Below are positions 23,563-32,546 of a stretch of DNA of 64,000 bases, piece after piece. Numbering within the stretch: position 1 is the stretch's first letter; every line of letters starts with the position of its first letter. The DNA comes from Candidatus Latescibacterota bacterium. Lineage in GTDB: Bacteria; Latescibacterota; UBA2968; UBA8231. A model generated the notes under the pieces. That model was given only the letters and a program-made list of their open reading frames with translations, made no database searches and was not told the origin of the DNA. The position numbers and the translations under genes were made by a program. The stretch is from NCBI GenBank assembly GCA_965243025.1, contig CBDETY010000003.1:4032001-4096000 (forward strand). The letters are read 5' to 3'.

Positions 23563-23856
23563 GTGAGAATCCTTTCGAGACGGGTGCTCAGGGATTTCTG
23601 GGTGAGGCACCCCGATGCCGAGGAGCCCCTCAATACCTGGTTCAAGAGGGTCCGCAGCGAAGACTGGTCCACTCCCGCCATCCTGCAGGAACTCTGGCCA
23701 AGGGCCAGCATCGTTGGCCGAGATCGGGCTGTGTTTCGAATCAAGGGCAACCACTACCGCCTCGTCGTCAAGGTCTCCTACCCCGGACGTGTGGTGTATA
23801 TACGGTTCGTGGGCACTCACGCCGAGTACAACCGGATCAACGTTGAAGAGGTGTAA
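23563..23856 (+). CDS. higB: HigB-family mRNA interferase toxin
   Basis: GTG start; RILSRRVLRDFW...HPDAEEPL...RAVFRIKGNHYRLVV...IRFVGTHAEYNRI. Confidence 0.9.
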   Translation: MRILSRRVLRDFWVRHPDAEEPLNTWFKRVRSEDWSTPAILQELWPRASIVGRDRAVFRIKGNHYRLVVKVSYPGRVVYIRFVGTHAEYNRINVEEV

Positions 23857-23858
23857 AA

Positions 23859-25103
23859 ATGGCAGCCATCCGACCGATCCGCACCGAGGAAGACTACGAA
23901 GCGGCATTGGCCCGCATATCGGAGCTCATGGATGCTCTTTCCCCGCCGGAGGGGCAGATCGAGGACGAAGACGATCCTGGCAGACTCGAGCTCGATGTCC
24001 TCTCCGACCTGGTTGAGCGATACGAAGACAAGCACTATCCCATCGGGCTCCCCAGTGTAACCGCCGCCATCGAATTCCAGATGGACCAGATGGGCATGAC
24101 CCAGAGGGACCTCATACCGTTCCTCGGAAGCAGCGCCAAGGTGTCCGAAATCCTGTCCGGCAAGCGTTCCATCACCATGGCCATGGCCCGGGCGCTGCAT
24201 CGCCATCTCCGGATACCGGCGGACCTGCTGCTGCAAGAGCCCGGCGCAACGCTTCCCGAAGAACTGCCCGGTTTCGAGTGGACCCGGTTTCCGCTGAAGG
24301 CGATGGCCAGGGCGGGCTGGATTCCCGACATCCCCGACCTGAAGGACCGCGCCGAGGAACTGATCGGCGGCCTGATCGATCGGGCCGGGGGACGAGAGTT
24401 CGCCACCCAACCGATGTACCGCAGGAACGACCAGCGGCGAATCAACGCCAAGACCGACGACTACGCCCTGCAGGCGTGGTGCTGGCAGGTGATCGCAAGG
24501 GCCCGGGAGCCCGCAATGAAGCCCCGCCCACCCAGCGCGGTTACCCCCGAGTTCCTGCGGGAGGTTGCCCGTCTGAGCACGTCGGAGGACGGTCCGGTTC
24601 GGGCCCGCGACTTCCTGGCCGGGCACGGCATCGGCTTGGAGTACGTGCCCCATCTGCCCCGGACCCACCTGGACGGCGCGGCCCTCCGGCTCCCCGACGG
24701 CCGGCCGGTGGTCGGGCTGACCCTTCGCTACGACCGTATCGACAACTTCTGGTTTACCCTGTTACACGAACTGGGCCACGTCGGGCTACATCTGGGCGAC
24801 GGCAGCGACGAGACCGGGTTCGTGGACGACCTCAGCCTGCGAGGTGTTGAATCCGGCGGAACCCATCCAACGGAACACGAAGCGGACCAACTCGCACAGG
24901 ACGCCCTGGTTCCGGCGAAAGTCTGGGACGACGGAACCATCCTGGAAAACCCGGGGCCGATGGCGGTGCTGCAAATGTCGTGGGAAGCCCAGGTCCACCC
25001 GGCAGTCATCGCCGGCCGTGTCCGCCATGAGTCGGGAAACTACCGGCTATTGTCTCAATTCGTGGGGACGGGAGAGGTGCGCCGGCAGTTTGAGGGAGGT
25101 TAG
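23859..25103 (+). CDS. higA: HigA antitoxin fused to an ImmA/IrrE metallopeptidase domain
   Basis: IRTEEDYEAALARI, HTH (KVSEILSGKR), LRYDRIDNFWFTLLHELGH (HExxH). Confidence 0.88.
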   Translation: MAAIRPIRTEEDYEAALARISELMDALSPPEGQIEDEDDPGRLELDVLSDLVERYEDKHYPIGLPSVTAAIEFQMDQMGMTQRDLIPFLGSSAKVSEILSGKRSITMAMARALHRHLRIPADLLLQEPGATLPEELPGFEWTRFPLKAMARAGWIPDIPDLKDRAEELIGGLIDRAGGREFATQPMYRRNDQRRINAKTDDYALQAWCWQVIARAREPAMKPRPPSAVTPEFLREVARLSTSEDGPVRARDFLAGHGIGLEYVPHLPRTHLDGAALRLPDGRPVVGLTLRYDRIDNFWFTLLHELGHVGLHLGDGSDETGFVDDLSLRGVESGGTHPTEHEADQLAQDALVPAKVWDDGTILENPGPMAVLQMSWEAQVHPAVIAGRVRHESGNYRLLSQFVGTGEVRRQFEGG

Positions 25104-25334
25104 AGGAGACGGTTCCACCATTTCCATTAACCAAGCAGCAGCCGGAAAATTTGTTCTTGGGGAGGACCTGGGGCTCACCGATGTCAAAGGCATTCAACGT
25201 CCTAATTCCCCCCAAGGGCGTACTTGGGACGATGGCCTTGGGCTCTGCTCGGAGGCGCTTTACATACATGCAGCGCACCGGCAAGTCTGCCGCCAATCTG
25301 GACGATCTATCCCTTTTTTGCCATCGAGAAAGAA

Positions 25335-26198
25335 ATGCCTTCAACAGCATCACGACTCCGTTCGGATTTTGATTATCTAATCGAAAGGTTGGATGACCTT
25401 ATTCGGGACCTGCCAGTCAAACGACGTAATCGAAATGGGGGAGGGTTGTTAATCATCGCTCCGGAGTTTTATTGGGGTGAGCCGTCTGCCGAACACCTTA
25501 ATCGTCAACTAGCGATAAAGCGAGATTATGAAGAATGGTTCGAGGTTTTTCAATCTATTTTTGTCACCGCCACTGACGACATTAACAAAAAAATCGAAAA
25601 GGCTGATAAACGCCTTCGGATGTGGATCGAACTAAGTTCGAACTGGTCGCTTAGGCAAGACTCCGCATCAAATGCAGAAAGCCTCCTCGCAGATGCAGAG
25701 CTCTTTCGGAGGATATTTTCAATAATTGAAGCCGGTGGAGGTGATTCTTCCCCAATTCTAATTCCTGATACAAACACGATAGCTGACTGGCAGGACCCGA
25801 CTCTTTATAGGGACATCATTGGGGATGACAGGTTCGTATTTTTTTTGTTACCGACCGTTCTTGCTGAGTTGGATTCACTGAAAAATTCTCACCGGAATGT
25901 CGAATTTCGCGAGAAGGTGAAAAAGGTAATCAGGAGAGTAAAGGGATGGCGGAATCAAGGCACTCTTCGCGATGGCGTCATAGTAGATGAAACCATCACC
26001 GTCAGGGCAGTCGCAAACGAACCGGATATGGAACACACTTTACCTTGGCTCGATAAAGACAATCGTGACGACCGGATCATCGCGTCTGTTTTAGAAGTCC
26101 AATCTGCTCATCCTACCACGAGTGTGATTCTCGTAACAGGAGATATCAACTTGCTGAACAAAGCTGATGTTGCTCGGATAGAAACTGCCGAACTTTAA
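25335..26198 (+). CDS. PIN-domain protein with N-terminal helical extension
   Basis: ILIPDTNT, LPTVLAELDSLK, NRDDRIIA, LVTGDINLLNKA (four acidic PIN positions); AT-rich. Confidence 0.82.
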   Translation: MPSTASRLRSDFDYLIERLDDLIRDLPVKRRNRNGGGLLIIAPEFYWGEPSAEHLNRQLAIKRDYEEWFEVFQSIFVTATDDINKKIEKADKRLRMWIELSSNWSLRQDSASNAESLLADAELFRRIFSIIEAGGGDSSPILIPDTNTIADWQDPTLYRDIIGDDRFVFFLLPTVLAELDSLKNSHRNVEFREKVKKVIRRVKGWRNQGTLRDGVIVDETITVRAVANEPDMEHTLPWLDKDNRDDRIIASVLEVQSAHPTTSVILVTGDINLLNKADVARIETAEL

Positions 26199-26321
26199 AG
26201 GAAATGTAGAGGGATTTTTGGGCCGCATCGAAGGAGATTCCCCAATGGTTACCATAGGTCTTTCCCACCCAATGACCGCTGAATCCCTGCCATCCATGAT
26301 CCCAATCCCGGGAGGCATTCC

Positions 26322-27116
26322 ATGCCGATGAAGGAGCGCGTTCACCATCTCCTGGCCGTATCGACCGACGGAGACCCCCACAGCCGGGCCGTGGACCTCG
26401 GCATCCTCGGGCTGATCTTCCTCAACATCCTGGCGCTGACCCTGGAAACGGTGGAGCCGGTCTATTCCCTGAGTCCGGCCGCCTTTCACTGGTTCGAGCG
26501 GATCTCCCTGATCATCTTCAGCATCGAGTACTTCCTGCGCATGTGGTCCTGCACCGCTGACCCGAAGTACCCCCGCCCCATCCTCGGCCGGCTCCGGTTC
26601 TTCGCGACGCCGCTGGCCCTCATCGACCTGCTCGCCATCCTGCCGCTCTACCTGCCCCTGATGGGCATGGACATGCGGTTCATCCGCATCGTCCGCATGC
26701 TGCGCTTCTTCCGCCTGGCGAAGCTGTTCCGCTATTCGAGCGCGCTGAGGCTGCTCGGCCGGGTGATTCTCGGCAAACGGGGAGAGCTGACCAGCATCTT
26801 CTTCGTGCTGCTGACGATGCTGGTGATCTCCTCCTCGCTCATGTACTTCGCCGAGCACGACGATCAGCCGGACAAGTTCTCCAGCATCCCGCAGACCATG
26901 TGGTGGGGGGTGATCACCCTGACCACGGTGGGGTACGGCGACTACTACCCGGTCACGGCGATGGGGAAGGTCATCGCCGCCTGCATCGCCGTGCTGGGCA
27001 TCGGCATGTTCGCCCTGCCCGCAGGAATCCTCGGGGCCGGCTTCGTCGACGAGCTGCAGAGCCGGCACGAGCACGCGCGGCACTGCCCCAACTGCGGGCA
27101 CAAGCTGGAAGACTAG
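26322..27116 (+). CDS. Voltage-gated potassium channel (6TM)
   Basis: Arg-rich S4 RIVRMLRFFRLAKLFR; TTVGYGD filter; C-terminal CPNCG. Confidence 0.93.
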   Translation: MPMKERVHHLLAVSTDGDPHSRAVDLGILGLIFLNILALTLETVEPVYSLSPAAFHWFERISLIIFSIEYFLRMWSCTADPKYPRPILGRLRFFATPLALIDLLAILPLYLPLMGMDMRFIRIVRMLRFFRLAKLFRYSSALRLLGRVILGKRGELTSIFFVLLTMLVISSSLMYFAEHDDQPDKFSSIPQTMWWGVITLTTVGYGDYYPVTAMGKVIAACIAVLGIGMFALPAGILGAGFVDELQSRHEHARHCPNCGHKLED

Positions 27117-27156
27117 GGGGCCATGCAAATCCCGCCACCCGGATTTTTCCGCAGGT

Positions 27157-27966
27157 ATGACTCACCCTGATGTGAACCACGCCGGGTCCCATTCGCAGGA
27201 GATCGAGCGCGCCGCCGGTTTCCTGCGCGGATGCCGGAGCCTGCTCTTCGTAACGGGGGCCGGCATCTCCGCGGATTCCGGCATTCCGACCTACCGGGGC
27301 GTGGGAGGGCTCTACGACGTCGATCCCACCGAGGACGGCATGCCTATCGAGAGGGTGCTGTCGGGGAATACCATGAGGCGGGACCCGGCGCTCACCTGGA
27401 AATACCTGGGACAGATCGAGTCCGCCTGCCGGGGGGCGCGGTTCAACCGGGCCCACGCGGTGGTGGCGGAGATGGAGAACCACTTCGAACGAGTCTGGAC
27501 CCTGACCCAGAACGTCGACGGGTTCCACCGCGCCGCCGGTTCGAGGAACGTGATCGACATACACGGAGACCTCCACCGGCTCATGTGCACGGCCTGTGCC
27601 TTCCGGGAGACGGTCGAGGACTTCCGCCACCTCGAGCTGCCGCCGCTCTGCCCCCGCTGCGAAGCCATGCTGCGGCCCGACGTCGTGCTGTTCGGGGAGA
27701 TGCTTCCCCTCGACAAGGTCCAACGGATGAAGGCAGAGCTGGCAATCGGGTTCGACTGCGTCTTCACCGTTGGCACCTCCAGCCTCTTTCCCTATATCTC
27801 GGGGCCGGTTGAGGCAGCCCGCCGGCAGGGCCGGCCCACCATAGAGATCAACCCGGGCTCCAGCGACGTGTCCCACCTGGTGGACGTGAAGGTTCCCCTC
27901 GGGGCCGCCCGGGGCCTGGACCTTGTCTGGAGCTGTTACCGCGAGCAGGAGAAGGTGCCCGCATGA
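27157..27966 (+). CDS. cobB: NAD-dependent protein deacylase (sirtuin, CobB-like)
   Basis: TGAGISADSGIPTYRG, TQNVDGFH, IHGDL, CxxC...CxxC, RPDVVLFGE, VGTS, IEINP. Confidence 0.9.
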   Translation: MTHPDVNHAGSHSQEIERAAGFLRGCRSLLFVTGAGISADSGIPTYRGVGGLYDVDPTEDGMPIERVLSGNTMRRDPALTWKYLGQIESACRGARFNRAHAVVAEMENHFERVWTLTQNVDGFHRAAGSRNVIDIHGDLHRLMCTACAFRETVEDFRHLELPPLCPRCEAMLRPDVVLFGEMLPLDKVQRMKAELAIGFDCVFTVGTSSLFPYISGPVEAARRQGRPTIEINPGSSDVSHLVDVKVPLGAARGLDLVWSCYREQEKVPA

Positions 27967-30476
27967 GAAAGATTCGCCACTACTTGTCGATGGCCGCTTT
28001 CGCCCTGGCCCTGGCCTTCCCGGGGCCGGGGAATGCCGCCGACTCCGGCTCGCCGCCCGTGCTTTCGGCGCTCCTCGCCGACTTCGAGGACGCCGAAGGG
28101 ATGGCGCGCTGGGAACTGGCGCCCACCCTGACGCCGATGCGCTGGGAGCTCGACACCGACCGCGTCCGCCACGGCCGGGCATCCGCTCGGCTCGCGGTCC
28201 CGTCCGTCAGTGAGGGCGGAGTCTCCACGGACGAGACCTGGAAGGGCCGCGGCTGGCCGGCGGTCCACCTCACCGAAGAGAAGCTTCCGGTGCGGGACTG
28301 GTCCCCCTACCGGCACCTGGTCTTCGAGGCATTCAACCCCGCCCGACTCCAACCCGTGCACCTGTGGATCCGCCTCGGCAACCACCCCAAGCTCGAGCAG
28401 GCCGTCCTGCAGCCGGGCTGGCAGACCGTGCGCGTCGACGTCGACCATGTCTCGGCCATCGACGAGCTGCGCTTCTTCTTCGCCGATCCCCCGCGGAAAA
28501 TCGAGATCAACCTCGACCACGTCCGTCTCGAGACCGGGGACCTGGGGGACGTGCGCCGGCTCGCTGGCCGCGCCGCCGAGCTCATCGCCGGCATCGAGGA
28601 GGAACCGCGAACCCGCCACGTGCGCGCCAACCTGCGGGAGATCGAAGGGGAGCTCGACAGGATCGCCGGGCAGTGGACGCAGATCGCCGCGGACCGGGAC
28701 GAAGCCGCGGCCGGGCGCTGGGCGGGACAGGTGCGCGGGATCCGGAACAGGCTGGCGCGGGTGGTTGTCCGGGCAAAGGAGGACCGGTTCGCGGTGCAGG
28801 CCGGGGAGACCGGCTGGGGGTACGGCTGGACCCACGGCATGACGAAGGTCTTCCGCGATTCCCGGGAGCTGCCGTTCGCCGGCGAGATCGGCGGCACCGT
28901 GCGGGTCGAGCTGGCGGCCAACGAGAGCGAGGGGGTGCAGCTGGTTCTGCGCTACCCCGCGGTCCCCGCCACCTATCCCCTGCGGGACGTGCGCGTTGCC
29001 GTCAGCGACCTGGACGGACCTGACGGAAACCGCATCGAGTCGGGGCAGGTGGAGGTGCTGCCGGTCGGCTACGTCAACACCCGGCCGCCCCCCTACCACG
29101 TCGAGCACGAGGGCTGGTGGCCGGACCCGCTGCTCGACTTCCTCGACGGCTTCGAGCTCGACGCCAACGTCTGGCAGCCGGTCTGGCTCGACGTGCGCAC
29201 CGCGCCCGACCAGGCGCCGGGTCTGTACTCCGGCACGATCACCGTCACCGCCGGGAGCCGCCGCGGCGAGGAGGCGCTGCCGCGGCTCGAGGTGCCGTTC
29301 GAGGTCGAGGTGTGGGACTTCGCCGTTCCGGTGGAGCACCACTTCCCCCTCTCCCTCACCTACTGGCCGCAGTCGAGCGGCGCCTTCTACTTCGACGACT
29401 ACGCCGACCTGGAGAAGATGCTGAAGTACATCGGCGGCCGGCTCGACGAATCCGGGCTCACCCCCCGGGCCCGGCACGTGGCCGAGGTCCATCGCAAGAG
29501 CGTCGACCTCGTGCTCGCCCACCGGATGTTCCCGGACGACATCTTCCGCTACCGCAAGGCCCCGCCGACCGAGTGGGTGCGGCTCTGGCACGAGCACGGC
29601 GCCCGCAGGTTCGTGCTGCTCGCCGTCCAGGCCTACGGCAACCTCCCGCGCGAGGAACCCTACCCGGCCGGACGCCGCAAGGTCCTGTTCGAGGCGCTCG
29701 CCGAGGGGGTGCCGCGCTTCCGGGAAGCGGGCCTGCTCGACATGGGCTACATGTTCACTTTCGACGAGGTGTCTGAGAACCGCTTCGAATCCATCATGGA
29801 CATCCACGGCGAGATCAAACGGCTGTACCCGGAAATCCCGCTGATGACGACGGCGTACGACGACTCCTACGGCATCGACACCGGCCTCGATCCCTACGTC
29901 GACATCTGGGTGCCGGGAATCAACGCCTACAACCAGACGACGCCGGGGGTTGCCGCGGCGCGCGAGCGGGGCCGCGAGATCTGGTGGTACATCACCGCCG
30001 GGCCGGACGAACCGTACCCGAACGTCCGCATCGAGGACGGCGCGGTCGAGCACCGGCTGCTGATGGGGTTCATGCCCTACCGGGCGGAAAGCGACGGCTT
30101 CCTCTACTGGTGCCTCAACCAGTGGTCGGAGACGGTCAACCGCGGGCCGCTCACCAACGCCCGCGGCGCCGGCACCGGCAGGTACAACGGCGCCGGCGTC
30201 ATCTTCTACCCGGGCCCGGACGGGCCGGTCGCCTCGATCCGCATGAAGAACATGCGGGACGGGCTGGAGGATTTCGAGTACCTGTGGCTGCTGGAGCAGG
30301 CCGCCGCGAAGGTCCGCAGCGGCGAGCTCGAGGTTGGGGAGGGGTGGCTGGAGCGCGCCGGGGCGGCCCTGGCGATCGACGACCGCCTCGGCTCCCTCAC
30401 CGACTACAGCCGCGACCCGGTTGACCTGCTCGAAGCTCGGCGCGAGATCGCGGCGCTCCTGGCCGAAGCTAACTGA
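27963..30476 (+). CDS. Secreted DUF4091-domain (GH123-like) glycoside hydrolase
   Basis: Signal peptide; AANESEGVQL, WPDPLL, QPVWLDV, FDEV, WWY, GFLYW, SIRMKNMRDGLEDFEYL. Confidence 0.8.
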   Translation: MRKIRHYLSMAAFALALAFPGPGNAADSGSPPVLSALLADFEDAEGMARWELAPTLTPMRWELDTDRVRHGRASARLAVPSVSEGGVSTDETWKGRGWPAVHLTEEKLPVRDWSPYRHLVFEAFNPARLQPVHLWIRLGNHPKLEQAVLQPGWQTVRVDVDHVSAIDELRFFFADPPRKIEINLDHVRLETGDLGDVRRLAGRAAELIAGIEEEPRTRHVRANLREIEGELDRIAGQWTQIAADRDEAAAGRWAGQVRGIRNRLARVVVRAKEDRFAVQAGETGWGYGWTHGMTKVFRDSRELPFAGEIGGTVRVELAANESEGVQLVLRYPAVPATYPLRDVRVAVSDLDGPDGNRIESGQVEVLPVGYVNTRPPPYHVEHEGWWPDPLLDFLDGFELDANVWQPVWLDVRTAPDQAPGLYSGTITVTAGSRRGEEALPRLEVPFEVEVWDFAVPVEHHFPLSLTYWPQSSGAFYFDDYADLEKMLKYIGGRLDESGLTPRARHVAEVHRKSVDLVLAHRMFPDDIFRYRKAPPTEWVRLWHEHGARRFVLLAVQAYGNLPREEPYPAGRRKVLFEALAEGVPRFREAGLLDMGYMFTFDEVSENRFESIMDIHGEIKRLYPEIPLMTTAYDDSYGIDTGLDPYVDIWVPGINAYNQTTPGVAAARERGREIWWYITAGPDEPYPNVRIEDGAVEHRLLMGFMPYRAESDGFLYWCLNQWSETVNRGPLTNARGAGTGRYNGAGVIFYPGPDGPVASIRMKNMRDGLEDFEYLWLLEQAAAKVRSGELEVGEGWLERAGAALAIDDRLGSLTDYSRDPVDLLEARREIAALLAEAN

Positions 30477-30477
30477 A

Positions 30478-32271
30478 CTAGCCCGAAATCCCGTCCCGGA
30501 TCAGGGCCAGAAACTCCGGATCGTCGCGAACCGGATCGAACACGGCCGCCTCGAACCACCGCTTCGCCCCCCCGAAGTAGATCCATTTCTTCATTGCCGG
30601 TTTCGGAGAGCGGTGCATACGGCGGATTGCTTCGAGGGCACCGGCTTTGTCCCTCTTCCCCATGTAGCCGCACGCCAGGGCCATATGCAGATTTCCGTTG
30701 TCCTCGGCTGTCAGCGCCTTTTCCGTGAACTCGATGGCTTCGTCGAAGAGCCCGATCCGGTGCAGCGGCCCGGCGAGGTTGCCGTTGGCGTATCCGTAGA
30801 ACTTCCGGTATTCGGCCTTCGCCGCATCATCGGGCGCCTCACGCCATTCCTTCTCGTACTCGTTCGCGTTCTCTCTGGCCGACTGGACCCCGGCATCAAC
30901 GGCCGATTCATCCCCGGATTCATGATGGCTTTTGATCGAGTACGCCAGAATATGGGCGATCCACCAGCGCCGCTGAACGGGATCCTCGACTTCCTCGCTC
31001 TCCAGTCGGCGCAGGAAGACCTGCCCGGTCTCGATCGCCTTCCGATGCTCACCCATCCTGCCGAGCAACGACATACGATCTCGATGGTAGATGTAGTGAT
31101 CGATTGAGAGAGGCAGGCCCAACTCCGGCGACAGGGCCTCGGTCTCGGACAGCCACAAGTCCCCCTGGCCGACGTTGAAGTAGATTTCCAGCCGAGCCGC
31201 GAAATAGGTCCTCAAACGGTCTTTCGGCTCCATACCGTCGATGGCGAGGGCCTTGCGGTGGAGATCGAATGCCAGGCGATCGTCGATTCCCCGGTAGCTC
31301 CAGGAGGCCTGCTCAAGGGCGCGGAACGCCTTCCCGGCGTCGTCTGTCGACTCCCCGAAAACCCGGAGCACCCGTCCTCTATCGCCACGCCGGTTGAGGC
31401 GGCTGTACAAACCGGCCAGGTTCCACGCCGTCTCCTCGTCCCGGGCGCCAAGGCGAAACGCCTCCTCGTGCGCAGCCAGCGCCTCCTGCAGGAGCTTGTT
31501 GTCGATATCCTCCACCTGACCGCGCATCATGGCGTGCACCTCCCCTTCCAGGGCCCGGGCAAGGCCCCGCTGGGCATCCGGATTCTCGCGGACCGTGGAA
31601 GTCACCTTGCGGAACTGGGCCTTGGCCTCGGTCCACCGCTGCTCTTCGAGAAGCGCCCGGCCGCGCTCGAGCGCGGTCCGGATCACCTCGTCGGTAAACC
31701 CATCGAGCAGCTTCCCGCCTCCCAGGGTTTCCTCGACCATGTTCAGCATCTCCTTTCTCAAATGATTGCGGGCCCGGTAGAGCCGCTGGTTCACCGCCTG
31801 CGGCGCCAGGTCCAGGAACGCGGCGATTTCCTTCTGGGACAGGCCCTCCAGGTAGAACAGGGTGATCAGCTGCTGCTGCTCCTCGCCGAGGGTTCCGAGA
31901 GCGGTGAGCACCGCGCGCCGGCCCTCGGCCGCGATCGCCGCCTCCTCCGGCGATTCTGCGGGCGATACCAAGGTTTTCTCGACCGACTCGGGCAGCGGCT
32001 CGGCTCGCCGCCGGTACCCCATGCGGCACTCGTTGACGGCGATCTGCCTGAGCCAGGGAGCGAAGCGGTCGCCGGCCTCGAGGTTTCGCAGCTTCAGGAA
32101 GGCCTTGATGAACGCCTCCTGAGCTGCATCCTCGGCCGCATCGAAGTCCCGCGTGCAGCTCAGGCAGAGGCCGAAAACCGCGTAGCGGTAGCGCTCCACC
32201 AGGCGGGCAAAAGCCTGGACGTCTCCGCCGAGACTGGCCTCGACCAGATCCCTGTCGCTCGTCGTCGACAC
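30478..32271 (-). CDS. ECF sigma-70 factor with long C-terminal TPR-like extension
   Basis: DAAEDAAQEAF, FAPWLRQIAVN (region 2); LFYLEGLSQKEIA...VNQRLYRAR (region 4); about 420 aa helical tail. Confidence 0.88.
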   Translation of the reverse strand: MSTTSDRDLVEASLGGDVQAFARLVERYRYAVFGLCLSCTRDFDAAEDAAQEAFIKAFLKLRNLEAGDRFAPWLRQIAVNECRMGYRRRAEPLPESVEKTLVSPAESPEEAAIAAEGRRAVLTALGTLGEEQQQLITLFYLEGLSQKEIAAFLDLAPQAVNQRLYRARNHLRKEMLNMVEETLGGGKLLDGFTDEVIRTALERGRALLEEQRWTEAKAQFRKVTSTVRENPDAQRGLARALEGEVHAMMRGQVEDIDNKLLQEALAAHEEAFRLGARDEETAWNLAGLYSRLNRRGDRGRVLRVFGESTDDAGKAFRALEQASWSYRGIDDRLAFDLHRKALAIDGMEPKDRLRTYFAARLEIYFNVGQGDLWLSETEALSPELGLPLSIDHYIYHRDRMSLLGRMGEHRKAIETGQVFLRRLESEEVEDPVQRRWWIAHILAYSIKSHHESGDESAVDAGVQSARENANEYEKEWREAPDDAAKAEYRKFYGYANGNLAGPLHRIGLFDEAIEFTEKALTAEDNGNLHMALACGYMGKRDKAGALEAIRRMHRSPKPAMKKWIYFGGAKRWFEAAVFDPVRDDPEFLALIRDGISG

Positions 32272-32294
32272 GTCGGTTTTCCTGAACTCCTGAG

Positions 32295-32324
32295 TAAGAT
32301 GCGCGAACAGCAGGGAACGTAACG
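32295..32324 (-). promoter_or_regulatory. Possible ECF-type autoregulatory promoter
   Basis: Minus strand CGTTACG-N16-CATCTTA about 25 nt before the sigma GTG start. Confidence 0.35.
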
Positions 32325-32348
32325 CCCGAGCGTGATATAATTCTCGGG
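32325..32348 (+). promoter_or_regulatory. Extended -10 promoter within an inverted repeat
   Basis: TGATATAAT (32333-32341) flanked by CCCGAG (32325-30) and CTCGGG (32343-48). Confidence 0.5.
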
Positions 32349-32429
32349 ATGCTGTTCGAACGGTTTCCCCGCAGCCGGCAGCTTGCTCGAAGGGCAGATT
32401 TCCCCGGCTTCGACTGAAGCCTGTATCAG

Positions 32430-32450
32430 CAGCCCGTTGAAAAAAAGTCC
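32430..32450 (+). mobile_element. Solo IS5/IS1182-like terminal inverted repeat
   Basis: CAGCCCGTTGAAAAAAAGTCC closely matches the ends of the IS at 18184-19740; preceded by TCAG. Confidence 0.5.
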
Positions 32451-32546
32451 ACCCTGGGTTGCGGCCGGCCGGGAACCCCCTTCCGCCGGTCCCGTTATTC
32501 TGGTATCAGTCCGGCTTCGAGCTGTCGACCTCGACCAAGGCCGCAA

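Noticed and set aside
26322-27966. Sir2 plus channel beside the defence island as a Thoeris/DSR-like system
   Set aside because: The sirtuin is a classical Zn-ribbon CobB type and the channel a standard TVGYGD K+ channel, both with host-like GC
27936-30053. 705 aa minus-strand ORF
   Set aside because: Antisense to the DUF4091 gene
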